DNA of 54,696 nucleotides from a virus. Lineage: Duplodnaviria; Caudoviricetes. Both the position numbers and the translations under genes were made by a program. The notes beneath the pieces are model-generated. The model was not told the origin of the DNA. It made no database searches and was given only the letters and a program-made list of their open reading frames with translations. The stretch lies in the IMG/VR virus record IMGVR_UViG_3300048598_000478, positions 1-54,696 of that record; one strand, 5' to 3'. Positions within the stretch are counted from its first letter, which is position 1; every line of letters starts with the position of its first letter. Shown one piece after another: positions 15,488-25,628 of this stretch.

Positions 15488-16105
15488 ATGAGCGATCCCG
15501 TCAACAGCCCGCAACACTACATCGCCCCGAATGGCCTCGAGGCCATCGACGTGATCGAGGGCTTCGGTCTCGGCTTCCATCGCGGCAACGCGGTCAAGTA
15601 TCTCCTGCGCGCCGGCAAGAAAGACGATGCCGCCCAGGACATGCGCAAGGCCCGCTGGTATGTCGCCCGCGATCTGGAACGCATCGCCGGCACCATGGCG
15701 ATGCCCTCGTCGGTGCTCGCGCAATACCGGCTCTGCTATCTCGCCACTCCCTACAGCAAATATCTTCCGGGCATCGATGCGGCCTTCGTTCATGCCGCCG
15801 AGATCGCCGCCCGCCTGCTGAAGCAGGGCGTGCGGGTCTATTCCCCGATCGCGCACACCCATCCACTCGCGATGCACGGCCATATCGATCCGCTCGATCA
15901 CAAGATATGGCTGCCCTTCGACGAAGCCATGATGGACGCCGCCGACTGTCTCATCGTCGCCCGCATGAATGGCTGGGAAGAATCCTATGGCGTGCAGCAT
16001 GAAATCGAATTCTTCTCCCGCGACAGCAAGCCGGTCATCCATATCGATCCGGTGACGCTGCGGCTCGTACCGTTCACCGCACCGCTGCAAGCGGAGCCCG
16101 CCTGA
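15488..16105 (+). CDS. DUF3310 plus DUF1937 (nucleoside deoxyribosyltransferase-like) fusion
   Basis: DPVNSPQHY...EAIDVIE...GNAVKYLLRAGKK, then YLATPYS...VYSPIAHTHP...GWEESYGVQHEI. Confidence 0.8.
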   Translation: MSDPVNSPQHYIAPNGLEAIDVIEGFGLGFHRGNAVKYLLRAGKKDDAAQDMRKARWYVARDLERIAGTMAMPSSVLAQYRLCYLATPYSKYLPGIDAAFVHAAEIAARLLKQGVRVYSPIAHTHPLAMHGHIDPLDHKIWLPFDEAMMDAADCLIVARMNGWEESYGVQHEIEFFSRDSKPVIHIDPVTLRLVPFTAPLQAEPA

Positions 16106-16212
16106 TGGCCTCCGCCTCCAAGATAGAATGGACGGATAAAAACCGCACCCTGCTTGAGCGGCTTCGCCGAGCATGTCGCTTCATCCATGTAGGTGCCAGT
16201 GGACGATTGAAA

Positions 16213-16386
16213 ATGACAACCGAGCAAAAGCTGACCGACGAAGCCCTGAGCTGTGCCGAGCGCGGAGACTTCGACGAAGCGCGCCACCGCCTTCGCCTTC
16301 GCGACCATCCCAAATGGTCAAGCCCGCAAGAGTGTCAGGCAGCCTACGACAGCGCGATGGCTGCAAAGCGTGGAGTAACCGCATGA
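16213..16386 (+). CDS. Hypothetical protein (may start at 16105)
   Basis: Open frame 16105-16386 overlapping the next ATG. Confidence 0.5.
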   Translation: MTTEQKLTDEALSCAERGDFDEARHRLRLRDHPKWSSPQECQAAYDSAMAAKRGVTA

Positions 16387-17483
16387 AATTCATCTGCGAG
16401 CGCGATGTCCTGAAGGAAGGCATGGCCGCCATCAGCGGTAGGACCAAACACGGCAAGAATATTCCCATCCTCGGACACGTGCTGATCGAGGCTTCGGATG
16501 CCTCCGTCCGCCTCACCGGCAACGACATGTCGGCCTGCAGCGTGATCGAAATTCCGGCCGATGTCAGCCAACCAGGCGAATATACGCTGCCGGCGGATCG
16601 CCTCGGCAAGCTGGTATCCGGGTTGCCGCTCGGTGCGCAGGTATGCGTCGAAAGGGAAGGCAACGCACCGCTCGCCAAGATTCGCGCCGGCCGTTCGGCA
16701 TATTCGTTCGGTGGATTGCCTGCCTCCGATTTCCCGGGCGCCTTCACAGTCCAAGACCCTTGCGAATTGGTGCTCACCCGCAGCGAAGTGAATCGAATAC
16801 TCAAGGTGCCGGCGCCATCGGTGTGCGACGAGGCAGCACGCCTGTACCTTAGCGGCATCTATCTTCACCCGGAAAGAGGTCGCCTTGTTGGTGTCGCATC
16901 GAACGGGCATACGCTCATTCGAACCAGCGTCGATTGCGTGGCCGCGAAATTCACTGGCGTCATCATCCCCGCGGCGGCCTGCGACGAAATTGTCAGGCTC
17001 GCAAGCGATGGCGATGTGACGGTGCGCGTCACGGCTTCTCTGATCGAGGTCGAAACCGGCAAGCGACGGTTTGTCAGCAAACTCGTCGACGGCACGTTCC
17101 CAGATTATCACCGCACGATACCGCAATCGAACCCGCCGGCCTTCGCCGTCGATGTCGCCGAACTGGATGCGGCGCTCGCCCGTCTTGCGGGAGCCGGCGA
17201 AGGCGGTCGCGGCGTCAAATTCTCATGGGACGCAAAAGCGGAAGTCCTGAAGCTGCAACGTCGCACCGATCAGGGCGAAGGCAACGAGGAAATCCCTTGC
17301 GATTGCGAGGGCCGCCCGTCGCCTGGCGAAGCTGGGTTCAACGTCGATTATGTCCGCATGCTGATTGCCGCCTCCGGCGGCGAAGTCGTGCGGCTGCATA
17401 TCGACGGCCCCGGAGAGCCGGCGCGCGTCACCAATCCGGCCGATGCGGATTTCGTCTCCGTCATGATGCCGCTCCGAGTTTAG
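16383..17483 (+). CDS. dnaN: DNA polymerase III beta clamp homologue (phage copy)
   Basis: [53 protein letters not shown]. Confidence 0.92.
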   Translation: MKFICERDVLKEGMAAISGRTKHGKNIPILGHVLIEASDASVRLTGNDMSACSVIEIPADVSQPGEYTLPADRLGKLVSGLPLGAQVCVEREGNAPLAKIRAGRSAYSFGGLPASDFPGAFTVQDPCELVLTRSEVNRILKVPAPSVCDEAARLYLSGIYLHPERGRLVGVASNGHTLIRTSVDCVAAKFTGVIIPAAACDEIVRLASDGDVTVRVTASLIEVETGKRRFVSKLVDGTFPDYHRTIPQSNPPAFAVDVAELDAALARLAGAGEGGRGVKFSWDAKAEVLKLQRRTDQGEGNEEIPCDCEGRPSPGEAGFNVDYVRMLIAASGGEVVRLHIDGPGEPARVTNPADADFVSVMMPLRV

Positions 17484-17491
17484 GTGACCCC

Positions 17492-17776
17492 ATGCAAACT
17501 CAAACCTCCACCGCACCCGAAAAAGAACAATCCTCCGTCCGCTTCGCCAAGGATCAGCTCAAGTCCATTGTCGAGCGGATCGAGAAGCTGGAGGAGGAGA
17601 AGAAGACGATCTCCGACGACATCCGCGACGTCTATGCGGAAGCCAAGGCCAACGGCTTCGACGTGAAGGCGCTGCGCTCGATCATCAAGCTTCGAAAGAT
17701 CGAACCAACCGAACGGGATGAGCAGGAAGCCATCCTGGAGACCTATATGCACGCGCTGGGGATGTTGAAGGGGTGA
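17492..17776 (+). CDS. gapR: GapR/DUF2312 DNA-binding protein
   Basis: [45 protein letters not shown]. Confidence 0.92.
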   Translation: MQTQTSTAPEKEQSSVRFAKDQLKSIVERIEKLEEEKKTISDDIRDVYAEAKANGFDVKALRSIIKLRKIEPTERDEQEAILETYMHALGMLKG

Positions 17777-17777
17777 T

Positions 17778-18185
17778 GTGATGCCAAAACCGACCGAGAA
17801 GCAAATTCTGGATGCGGCCATTCAGCAAGTCGAAGCGATGCTTCTCTTCGCTTCGGTCGAAAACGGTATGGGCAAGAGCGGCAAGCCATCTCGCCCGTCG
17901 CGCTATCGCCAGATCGAGGTCCTGAAGAACCTGATGCACCTTGCCGACGTGCTGAACGGCAAGATCGACGAATGGCCGCATTGCGAGGCTTGCGGCAAGC
18001 CAATCAAGGCGAGGCAGGCCTATCTTCACGATTCCGAAGATGGTCTCGATTTCCACACGCGCTGCATGCACATGCCCGCCTCAAAGGGGATCCGCATGGA
18101 CACGCCAGCCTATTTCCGCCGCGAGATGGTTAAGCGCGCGGAAGAGGTTAGGCGCTTCCTGCGCAAGAAGGGGGTCGTCGCGTAG
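17778..18185 (+). CDS. Hypothetical Zn-finger protein
   Basis: CEACGKPI...FHTRC. Confidence 0.65.
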   Translation: MMPKPTEKQILDAAIQQVEAMLLFASVENGMGKSGKPSRPSRYRQIEVLKNLMHLADVLNGKIDEWPHCEACGKPIKARQAYLHDSEDGLDFHTRCMHMPASKGIRMDTPAYFRREMVKRAEEVRRFLRKKGVVA

Positions 18186-18186
18186 A

Positions 18187-19548
18187 ATGACCTCGCTCAC
18201 CCGATACGATGCCGCATGCGCAGCGCTCGCGGCCGCCGTCAAGGCGGATGAGGTGATGGCTGTGCATATCGAGGCGCGCGCTATCGAAGCGGTCGGACGC
18301 GTTGCGCAAAACATTGAACTCGAAGTCCAGGCCCGGACACTTCGGACCCGCGCCGAAGCCCGATTGGGAGACATGATCGAGGAGGGCGAGCGCCTCGGTA
18401 TCATCGCCCGGCATGGCGGCCACAAGCCCAAAAAGGAAGATTCCGCGACGGAAACTTCCCGGCCCGCCACCCTCAAGGAAGTCGGCATCCCTCCGAAGAT
18501 CGCCACCCGCGCGCGGAAGCTGAACGGGCTGGGCGGCGAAAAGGTCGGCGACGTCTTACAGAAATTCGAGGCAGAGAGCTTGCGCACAGGCAGGCTTGCC
18601 ACCGGCGTAATCGACGAGGCACTCGCCAAGCGCAGCGCAGAAAGTAGACGGCAGCTTTCGCAAGCCCTTTCGGATGCCTCTGCGGCGCTGTCGCCGAGCG
18701 GTCGTCAGTTCGGTGTCGTCTATGCCGATCCGCCCTGGCATCGGAAAGCCGGCATCGGCAATCGCGCATACGAAAATCACTATGGCACCATGACATGGGC
18801 CGAGATCATCGCCATGCCGGTCGCAAAGCGCGTTCTGCCTGATGCGTGGCTGTTCCTCTGGATTCCGCGCGCGCATTTGCTCGCGCTGCATTCGGTCGAG
18901 ATCGATACGCCCATCGGACGCACCAAGGTCAAGCTGCCGCTGGCGTGGGCGGTTGCGCAGGCGTGGGGCTTCGATGCCTATTCGACGTGCTGCATCTGGA
19001 CGAAGACGCAGCCTGAATCGCCAGACGATCACGGCACCGGTCTGATCTTCTGGGATCAGGATGAGATTCTTTGTCTGTTCAAGCGCGGACGCGGCCTTCC
19101 GATGCCCGATAGCGCGCGCAAACACTCGTCGAACCATCGCGAGAAGCCACAGGCGCATTCGGCGAAGCCCACCTATTACCGCGACATGATCAACGACATG
19201 ACCGGCACCGTGCCGACGCTCGAATTGTTCGCGCGCGAGGATGACGATCACGTCCTGCCGCCGAATTTCTTCACCTGGGGCAACGAGTCCAAAAACACCG
19301 CCGAGATCGCGTGCGACGAAAGTTTCGCATCCGACACCGGCGAAATCACCACCCCTTCTGGCAGCCCTCCGGCAGCCAACGAGCCTGTATCCGAACCTGA
19401 CTTCGCCCAGGCTACGGATGCAGGCTCACCCATTCCAGCCTGTGCTGAATCTTCACAGGTTCAGACTGAAGACGATCAGCTTGAGATCCCGCCATTCCTG
19501 AAACGCAACGAGGACGGCAGCATGCAGCAGCCGATGGGGGCGGGATGA
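18187..19548 (+). CDS. MT-A70-family adenine methyltransferase with N-terminal extension
   Basis: VVYADPPW, LFLWIP, WGF..., HSAKP, LELFARE, WGNE. Confidence 0.88.
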   Translation: MTSLTRYDAACAALAAAVKADEVMAVHIEARAIEAVGRVAQNIELEVQARTLRTRAEARLGDMIEEGERLGIIARHGGHKPKKEDSATETSRPATLKEVGIPPKIATRARKLNGLGGEKVGDVLQKFEAESLRTGRLATGVIDEALAKRSAESRRQLSQALSDASAALSPSGRQFGVVYADPPWHRKAGIGNRAYENHYGTMTWAEIIAMPVAKRVLPDAWLFLWIPRAHLLALHSVEIDTPIGRTKVKLPLAWAVAQAWGFDAYSTCCIWTKTQPESPDDHGTGLIFWDQDEILCLFKRGRGLPMPDSARKHSSNHREKPQAHSAKPTYYRDMINDMTGTVPTLELFAREDDDHVLPPNFFTWGNESKNTAEIACDESFASDTGEITTPSGSPPAANEPVSEPDFAQATDAGSPIPACAESSQVQTEDDQLEIPPFLKRNEDGSMQQPMGAG

Positions 19549-20267
19549 CCCTCGGCTCGCACCAGTCCACCATCGGCAGATCGCAGGTGCATATCACGCC
19601 CAGGCGCATCCTCGATTCGCTCGGGGCTTTCGATCTCGATCCGTGCGGCAACGATCCGCGGCCATGGGATTGCGCGGCCGTCACCTTCACCGAAAAGGAT
19701 GACGGGCTCGCGCAAGACTGGTTCGGCCGGGTGTGGCTCAATCCGCCTTTCGACCGCCGCGTGATCGCGGATTGGCTTGCAAAGATGGCGGCCCATGGCT
19801 GCGGCGTCGCGCTCGTACATGCCCGCACCGAAACCCAGTGGTTCCGGTTGATCCGCGAACATGCTTCGGCCCTGCTTTTCCTCGAGGGCCGGGTGATCTT
19901 TTGCAAGCCGGATGGCTCGCAGCAGACGACGGCGGCCGGCAAGGTCGCCAATAGCGGCGCGCCAGTCCTGCTCGCGGGCTATGGCGGCTCCGACCGCGAC
20001 ATGCTCGCCGCGTGCGGGCTCGCAGGATTGTTCGTGCCGCTAATCATTCCGCGCGCTGTGCTGGCGCAATTCGTCGGCACCTGGCGCGAAGCGATCGAGG
20101 TCGCATTCCCGGAGGGGGATTTCGCGCTGGACGATCTCTATCGCGTCTTCGCCTCGCATCCGAAGGCCGCCGCCAATCGCAACGTCAAGGAAAAGCTGCG
20201 GCAGACGCTCAATCGCGGCGGCTTCCGGCGCACCGCGCGCGGCAGATATCAGCGGGTGGCCGCATGA
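19545..20267 (+). CDS. Phage N6-adenine methyltransferase
   Basis: TP..IL..LG.FDLDPC, DDGL.QDW.GRVWLNPPF, ARTETQWF. Confidence 0.88.
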   Translation: MTLGSHQSTIGRSQVHITPRRILDSLGAFDLDPCGNDPRPWDCAAVTFTEKDDGLAQDWFGRVWLNPPFDRRVIADWLAKMAAHGCGVALVHARTETQWFRLIREHASALLFLEGRVIFCKPDGSQQTTAAGKVANSGAPVLLAGYGGSDRDMLAACGLAGLFVPLIIPRAVLAQFVGTWREAIEVAFPEGDFALDDLYRVFASHPKAAANRNVKEKLRQTLNRGGFRRTARGRYQRVAA

Positions 20268-21133
20268 ACGCACCCACCCGTCCCGTCCTTCGCTGGCATG
20301 GCGGCAAGTGGAAGCTTGCCCCTTGGATCATTTCGCATTTCCCGAAACACCGGGTCTATGTCGAGCCGTTCGGCGGGGCTGCCAGCGTATTGCTGCGGAA
20401 GGAACGCAGCTATGCGGAGATCTATAACGATCTGGATTCCGAGGCGGTGAACCTTTTCCGCGTGCTGCGCAATGAGGCCAGCGCTGCGATGCTCGTTGAT
20501 CGGTTGCGGAAAACGCCATTCGCGCGCGAGGAATTCGAAGGTTCATACCACATCGCTGCCGACCCAGTGGAGGCGGCGCGCCAGTTTATCGTTCGGTCGT
20601 TCATGGGCTTCGGTTCGAACGGCCACAACCCGCGTCGCAAAACCGGCTTTCGACATAACTCCAACCGGAGCGGCACTACGCCGGCCCAAGATTGGGCGAA
20701 CTATCCAGACTGTCTGGAAGACATCGTGGAGCGACTGCGCGGCGTCGTAATCGACAATCGCAATGCCTGCGAGGTGATGTCGGCGGGCGACGAGCCGCAC
20801 ACGCTTCATTACGTCGATCCGCCCTATCTGCCGGAAACGCGGTCGCTCAAAAACCCATACGACCTGACCTATGCTGGCATGTACGCGCACGAGATGACGG
20901 CCGCAGATCATGACGCGCTGCTTGCCCATCTCCGCTCGCTTGAGGGCATGGTGCTGCTGTCGGGTTATGCGTCGCCGCGATACGAAGCGGCTTTGCCGGA
21001 CTGGCGCCGCGTCGAAGTCTCAGCGCATGCGGATGGATCGCGCGACCGCACCGAAGTCCTATGGATCAATCCCGCCTGTGCCGCGGCGCTCGACCGCGAG
21101 CGCCATGACCTGTTCGCGAGGGCAGCGGGATGA
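20264..21133 (+). CDS. Dam/D12-class adenine methyltransferase
   Basis: LRWHGGKW, YVEPFGGAASV, EIYNDLD, YVDPPY. Confidence 0.92.
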   Translation: MNAPTRPVLRWHGGKWKLAPWIISHFPKHRVYVEPFGGAASVLLRKERSYAEIYNDLDSEAVNLFRVLRNEASAAMLVDRLRKTPFAREEFEGSYHIAADPVEAARQFIVRSFMGFGSNGHNPRRKTGFRHNSNRSGTTPAQDWANYPDCLEDIVERLRGVVIDNRNACEVMSAGDEPHTLHYVDPPYLPETRSLKNPYDLTYAGMYAHEMTAADHDALLAHLRSLEGMVLLSGYASPRYEAALPDWRRVEVSAHADGSRDRTEVLWINPACAAALDRERHDLFARAAG

Positions 21134-21543
21134 AAGCGCTCGCCATTCAACAGCCTTGGGCCTGGGCCATTCTTCATGCCGGCAAGGACATCGAGAACCG
21201 GAGCTGGTCGACCAATTATCGCGGCCGATTCCTGATCCACGCTTCGCAAGGCTTCGACGAAGAAGGCTTCACCTTCCTGCGCATCCGGCTTGGCGCGGCC
21301 GTGCCGATCCGAAACGATTTTGCGCGCGGCGGCATTATCGGCTCCGCCGTGATCCGCGATTGCATCAGGGCATCGGATTCGCCGTGGTTCTTCGGACCCT
21401 ACGGCTTCGTGCTGCAAGGCGCACAGGAATTGCCGTTCGCTCCATGCCGCGGGCAACTCGGATTCTTCGAGCCGCAATATCGCACGCCGGAATATGCGCG
21501 CGTGATGCAGGCGGCCATCGAACAGCGGGAGAGGGCGGGATGA
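21130..21543 (+). CDS. ASCH-domain protein
   Basis: MKALAIQQPWAWAILHAGKDIENRSW.TNYRG..LIHAS. Confidence 0.9.
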   Translation: MKALAIQQPWAWAILHAGKDIENRSWSTNYRGRFLIHASQGFDEEGFTFLRIRLGAAVPIRNDFARGGIIGSAVIRDCIRASDSPWFFGPYGFVLQGAQELPFAPCRGQLGFFEPQYRTPEYARVMQAAIEQRERAG

Positions 21544-22079
21544 AACGCAGATTCTGGACCGATGACGAATGGCGCAAGGCGCTCGACCTGAACGACGCCA
21601 GAAAGACCCCGCTAGAAATGGCGCTCGCGCTCGACCGGCCGGTCTCGTCCATCCATTCCAGATTCACGGGCCAGGGCGTCTCCTTCAAGGCGAAGGGCAA
21701 TACCTATCGCCCGAAAGGATGGGGCAACCGCCAGCCGCAAGCCTATCTCGACGGCAAGTGGACGCAGGAAAAGTGGAAGCGCGCGCTGGCGCTGGCGCAG
21801 CAGGGTATGGATTCGGAAACCATCGCCGAACAGATCGGCGGCGTCTCCGCCGGCGATGTGCGCAAGCGGTTTACGAATTTCAACAAAAGCGCCCTGCTGA
21901 TCGACGTGCGGCAGAGCAGGGCCCGTCTCGCGGAACAGGAACGTCTCGACAAGGCGGCGCAATATCTCGCGGCGCGCGATGAGCGCGATGCCCGCGATCT
22001 CACCGGCAGATTCTTCGGCGATCCGCCGCCTGGCTATTCCGCACTCGATCGCAAGCGCGCGCAGGAGGCGAGGTCTTGA
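21540..22079 (+). CDS. Hypothetical protein with two HTH/Myb-like repeats
   Basis: WTDDEW and WTQEKW repeats; C-terminal FFGDPPPGYSALD. Confidence 0.7.
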   Translation: MKRRFWTDDEWRKALDLNDARKTPLEMALALDRPVSSIHSRFTGQGVSFKAKGNTYRPKGWGNRQPQAYLDGKWTQEKWKRALALAQQGMDSETIAEQIGGVSAGDVRKRFTNFNKSALLIDVRQSRARLAEQERLDKAAQYLAARDERDARDLTGRFFGDPPPGYSALDRKRAQEARS

Positions 22080-22306
22080 TGAAAGATCAAGAATATACCT
22101 GCGGACATTGCGGACGGGCGTTTGCCTCGCGTGAAGCGAAGCAGCGGCATCGTCAGGCCAAACACGGCATGAGTTATCTATCTCTCACCTCGCGCGAGCG
22201 ACCTCTACATCGCGGGCCGATCGAGTGCGGGTTCTGCCCGCAAACGTTCGCCAACGATCACAACGCCGGTCAGCACCGCCGGATGAAACATGGGGCGCGC
22301 GCATGA
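22076..22306 (+). CDS. Tandem C2H2 zinc-finger protein
   Basis: CGHCGRAFASREAKQRHRQAKH and CGFCPQTFANDHNAGQHRRMKH. Confidence 0.75.
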   Translation: MMKDQEYTCGHCGRAFASREAKQRHRQAKHGMSYLSLTSRERPLHRGPIECGFCPQTFANDHNAGQHRRMKHGARA

Positions 22307-22663
22307 CCGGCCTCACGCCCTACCAGGCCCGCGTCTGGCACGCCACCGCAGCCCTGATCGTGCAAGGGGGGGGGCAGCCCCACCGTGCGCGAGATCGCGG
22401 CGGCGTGCGAATATTCCACCGGCAATGTGCACCAGGCGCTCAAGAGCCTGAAGGCGCGCGGCTGGATCACCTGGACCGAAGGCCGCGAGCGCACCATCCG
22501 GCTGACGCCCCGCGCGCCGGAAGCCTTCCATCTGCCCGATGCGCTGAAGGCACGCCTCGAATCCCATTGCACGCAAACCGGCGACGATCCCTACGCCGTG
22601 ATCTGCGATGCGATCGCGCTTCATATCGATCAAGCCGAAACCGAATTCCCTGTCAGTCAGTAG
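22303..22663 (+). pseudogene. LexA-type winged-HTH protein frameshifted at a G9 tract
   Basis: MTGLTPYQARV...VQ, then G9 at 22366-22374; G8 would give GGGSPTVREIAAACEYSTGNVHQALKSLKARGWI. Confidence 0.8.
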
Positions 22664-22817
22664 CGTCCGCGTCCCCTCAAGAACAGAAACACGAACGGAA
22701 ATAGACGGGCGTTATGTCGATCTCTTCGATGAAGCTGCCGCGCACTATGCGCAGGCAAGTCTTTCGGCACGGTGCGATTCTATCCGGGTCGTGTCTCGCG
22801 GGTGAGTCCCGCGCGGC

Positions 22818-23849
22818 ATGTCAACGGTGTTTTTACCCGATGTCCACAGGGCGGAACGGATGATCATCCGCCGCAAGCACACGGCCAATTATACGACGAT
22901 CGGCAACGCGCTGTTCAACGATGAGCGGCTGAAAGCCGATGAGCTTGGTGTGCTCGCCTTTCTGCTGTCGCGTCCGCACCATTGGGAGGTGCGCCGGCCG
23001 GCATTGCAGCGGCGCTTCAAGATTGGCCGCGATCTCATGCGGCGCATTTTGCGCAATCTGATCCAGCTCGGCTGGGTGCGCGCGGAACTGGCGCGGCGCC
23101 CCAACGGGACAATTTGTGTCGAGTATGAGGTGCGGGATGAGCCCGGCCCCGAACTCACCGCTGATGAGGCCCGGTCGGCTTTGTCGCTCGAATCGAGCGA
23201 CGCCGGACCGGGCGAGTCATGCGATGACGGAATGGCTGACGAATCCGCGCCCGAACCGGGGAGCGAGGCCGATCCCGATCCGCCCGACCCGCCGCCAGCC
23301 GGTGACGGCTCACCGCTTACCGGTCAACCGTCGGCGGCTGGCCGGTTACGGCAAATCCCCCCCGGTATCTTAGAAAAGAATGATTCAGCAAAGACTGAGT
23401 CAGAAAACGCGCGCCCTGATTTTTGCGGGATCGGCGAAACGGCGGGTCGGATCGCAGACGCCCTGCTGGCAGCAAAATCGCTGCCACCGGACGCGCTGGA
23501 AGCCATCGGCCTGCGCTATCAGGCACAGGCCTGGCTCAATGCCGGAATACCCGCCGACTTCGTGATGGCGGTCGCGACCCGTGTCATCGGGAAGCGTCCG
23601 AAGTTTCCGCACCTCAACTATCTCGACAAGGCTGTTCGCGGCGCATGGGATGACCATCGCGCTCTTCCGGCTGCGTCGCCTTCACGGGAAAAGCCGCATG
23701 AAACCTCTCGCAGTGTCATCGCCGCCGCCGACCGCGCCCTCGATCGGCTCGCAGCAGAAATCGAGCGACGAAGCGCTCAGGGCAGCGGAATATTGCTTGA
23801 AAGCGGCACGCCGCCTGTTCGGACAATACCGGAGGCCGGAAGCGGCTGA
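22818..23849 (+). CDS. Phage replication initiation protein
   Basis: IIRRKHTANYTTIGN.LFNDERL...LGVLAFLLSRP..W N-terminal HTH; acidic/Pro linker. Confidence 0.75.
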   Translation: MSTVFLPDVHRAERMIIRRKHTANYTTIGNALFNDERLKADELGVLAFLLSRPHHWEVRRPALQRRFKIGRDLMRRILRNLIQLGWVRAELARRPNGTICVEYEVRDEPGPELTADEARSALSLESSDAGPGESCDDGMADESAPEPGSEADPDPPDPPPAGDGSPLTGQPSAAGRLRQIPPGILEKNDSAKTESENARPDFCGIGETAGRIADALLAAKSLPPDALEAIGLRYQAQAWLNAGIPADFVMAVATRVIGKRPKFPHLNYLDKAVRGAWDDHRALPAASPSREKPHETSRSVIAAADRALDRLAAEIERRSAQGSGILLESGTPPVRTIPEAGSG

Positions 23850-24318
23850 CCCGGACCAGTTCACGCACGATGTTGCCTCGATCTTTTCGGGCTATCCGAG
23901 CGACACCGTCGAATACGTTCTGAACGGCAATACCGGCCTTGCGGCGAATCCCATTCCTGATCCGAAAACCGGTCAGGTCTGGAAAGGCCTGCCTGATCTC
24001 GCCGATGTCAAAAAGGCTTGCGAGAACCACTTTGGCCCGATCCGGCGACGGATGCAGCGCGAGCAGCAGCAGCGCGAGCAACTGGAGGAACGCGAGCGTC
24101 TCGTCTTGTCAGATCAGCGGACGAAGAAAACCTATGCCGAGCTGCAGGCCGATTGCCACGCCCGCGGGCTCTTTATCGGAGACGGAAAGGCGGCGGCGCC
24201 GGCCTTCGATGTCGACGGGTTCTGCATCGAACACGGCATTACCAAGGAGCAATGGGACGCCATCCCGAATGCCGGCGATTACGACAACTGGCTGCGATCT
24301 CAGGGCCTCAAGCGATGA
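23698..24318 (+). CDS. Hypothetical replication-associated protein
   Basis: Follows and overlaps the rep gene; start uncertain. Confidence 0.6.
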   Translation: MKPLAVSSPPPTAPSIGSQQKSSDEALRAAEYCLKAARRLFGQYRRPEAADPDQFTHDVASIFSGYPSDTVEYVLNGNTGLAANPIPDPKTGQVWKGLPDLADVKKACENHFGPIRRRMQREQQQREQLEERERLVLSDQRTKKTYAELQADCHARGLFIGDGKAAAPAFDVDGFCIEHGITKEQWDAIPNAGDYDNWLRSQGLKR

Positions 24319-24845
24319 CGCTGTATGCGCTCATCGATACGGCTGTCGCGGATGCGCTCACCGCGCATGCGGACTATCTCAGCCCGAAAGGGATAGAGAC
24401 CGACCGCGCCCGCAAGTTGATCGTGCGCAAGGTGACGAAGGCCCTGCGGGACGCGCTGTCGGCACCACGCGAGGATGACGATCGGCCCGAGCCCGAAGCA
24501 CGGGCTGCCGAGACCGCGCAACCTGAATTCTACAAATGCGAGGTCTGGTCGAAGGAATGGTGGGCGCTGTTCTTCGCCATGATCGAGCGCGGCCAGTCGG
24601 TCAGCTTCCTGTTGTCCTTCGCGATGCGCTCGCAAAAAGGAACCATGGCCGCCATCAGCTTCGACAAGGCGCCATCCGAGGATCTGATCGAACGCATGAA
24701 GCAATATCCCTCGACCGCGCCGGAAGTCGAAGCCTGGCGCAACTGGCTGGCACGGCGAAGCGTTCGATTGCCGGAATGGCGAGAGCGCGTCTGGCTGTTC
24801 CTGCCTTCGCCCGACCCTCCCGAACAGGAATCCTCCGCCGCCTGA
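24315..24845 (+). CDS. Hypothetical protein
   Basis: ATGA overlap, 176 aa. Confidence 0.65.
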   Translation: MTLYALIDTAVADALTAHADYLSPKGIETDRARKLIVRKVTKALRDALSAPREDDDRPEPEARAAETAQPEFYKCEVWSKEWWALFFAMIERGQSVSFLLSFAMRSQKGTMAAISFDKAPSEDLIERMKQYPSTAPEVEAWRNWLARRSVRLPEWRERVWLFLPSPDPPEQESSAA

Positions 24846-24870
24846 AATCACAAAACAACACCAATCCGGA

Positions 24871-25479
24871 TTGCACGAGGGAAAGATGGAAATGGTCGGA
24901 AATCTGGCAAGGGCTTTCGAGGAGGCTGGTCTGATCGATCCATCAACGCCGAAGCTGGATTTCCAAGAGCCGAGACTTTGGCATGTGCTGATGACGCAGC
25001 CACAGCAGGAACGCAAAGCCGCAGACTGGCTGAGAAGCGCGCACCACAGTGTCTATTTTCCGAATTTCGTTGAGCAGGTGAAAAGCCGCAAGGGCCTGCG
25101 CCGGTCAATCATCCGGCCGATCGTAATCGGATATCTCTTTCTGGCGGTGCGGCCGGGGACCGATCTCAACCGGGTGGTCGAGCGCATTCCCGGTCTGGTG
25201 GGATATCTTCGCGACGAAGCCAGTCATGCAGCGGTGATACGGGAACGGGAAATCCTGAAAATCAGGGAACTGGAAGCAACCCATTTCGTGCCGGAAACTG
25301 GCAAAATCGCCCATGCGTTCAAGATCGGGCAACGGGTGCGGCTTGTGGACGACGTCTATCTCGGATGGCGCGGTCCGATCATAGCCCTTGCGCAGGACGG
25401 GAGAATCAGCGTTGAGGTGAACCTGTTGGGTCGGAAGGTGCCTGTATGGCTCGTTCCGTCTCAGATCGAGCGCATGTAG
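24871..25479 (+). CDS. NusG-paralogue antiterminator (NGN plus KOW)
   Basis: WHVLMTQPQQE, P...GYLFL, FKIGQRVRL....GWRG.I, VEVNLLGRKVPV. Confidence 0.88.
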   Translation: MHEGKMEMVGNLARAFEEAGLIDPSTPKLDFQEPRLWHVLMTQPQQERKAADWLRSAHHSVYFPNFVEQVKSRKGLRRSIIRPIVIGYLFLAVRPGTDLNRVVERIPGLVGYLRDEASHAAVIREREILKIRELEATHFVPETGKIAHAFKIGQRVRLVDDVYLGWRGPIIALAQDGRISVEVNLLGRKVPVWLVPSQIERM

Positions 25480-25593
25480 TTAAGGCAGGTTCGGTCAGCG
25501 CAAAGCCCGGTCCTCCCCTGGCGAAGTCGCCCGACGGCGGATAACACCGCTACAAAACACCATAATTTGGTGTGGCTGCGCATGCAGAGAAAC

Positions 25594-25628
25594 AAGCCCC
25601 GCCCTCAAAGCGGGGCTTTCTCGTTTCC
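25594..25628 (+). terminator. Terminator-like hairpin in the late leader
   Basis: AAGCCCCGC/GCGGGGCTT followed by TCTCGTTT. Confidence 0.65.
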
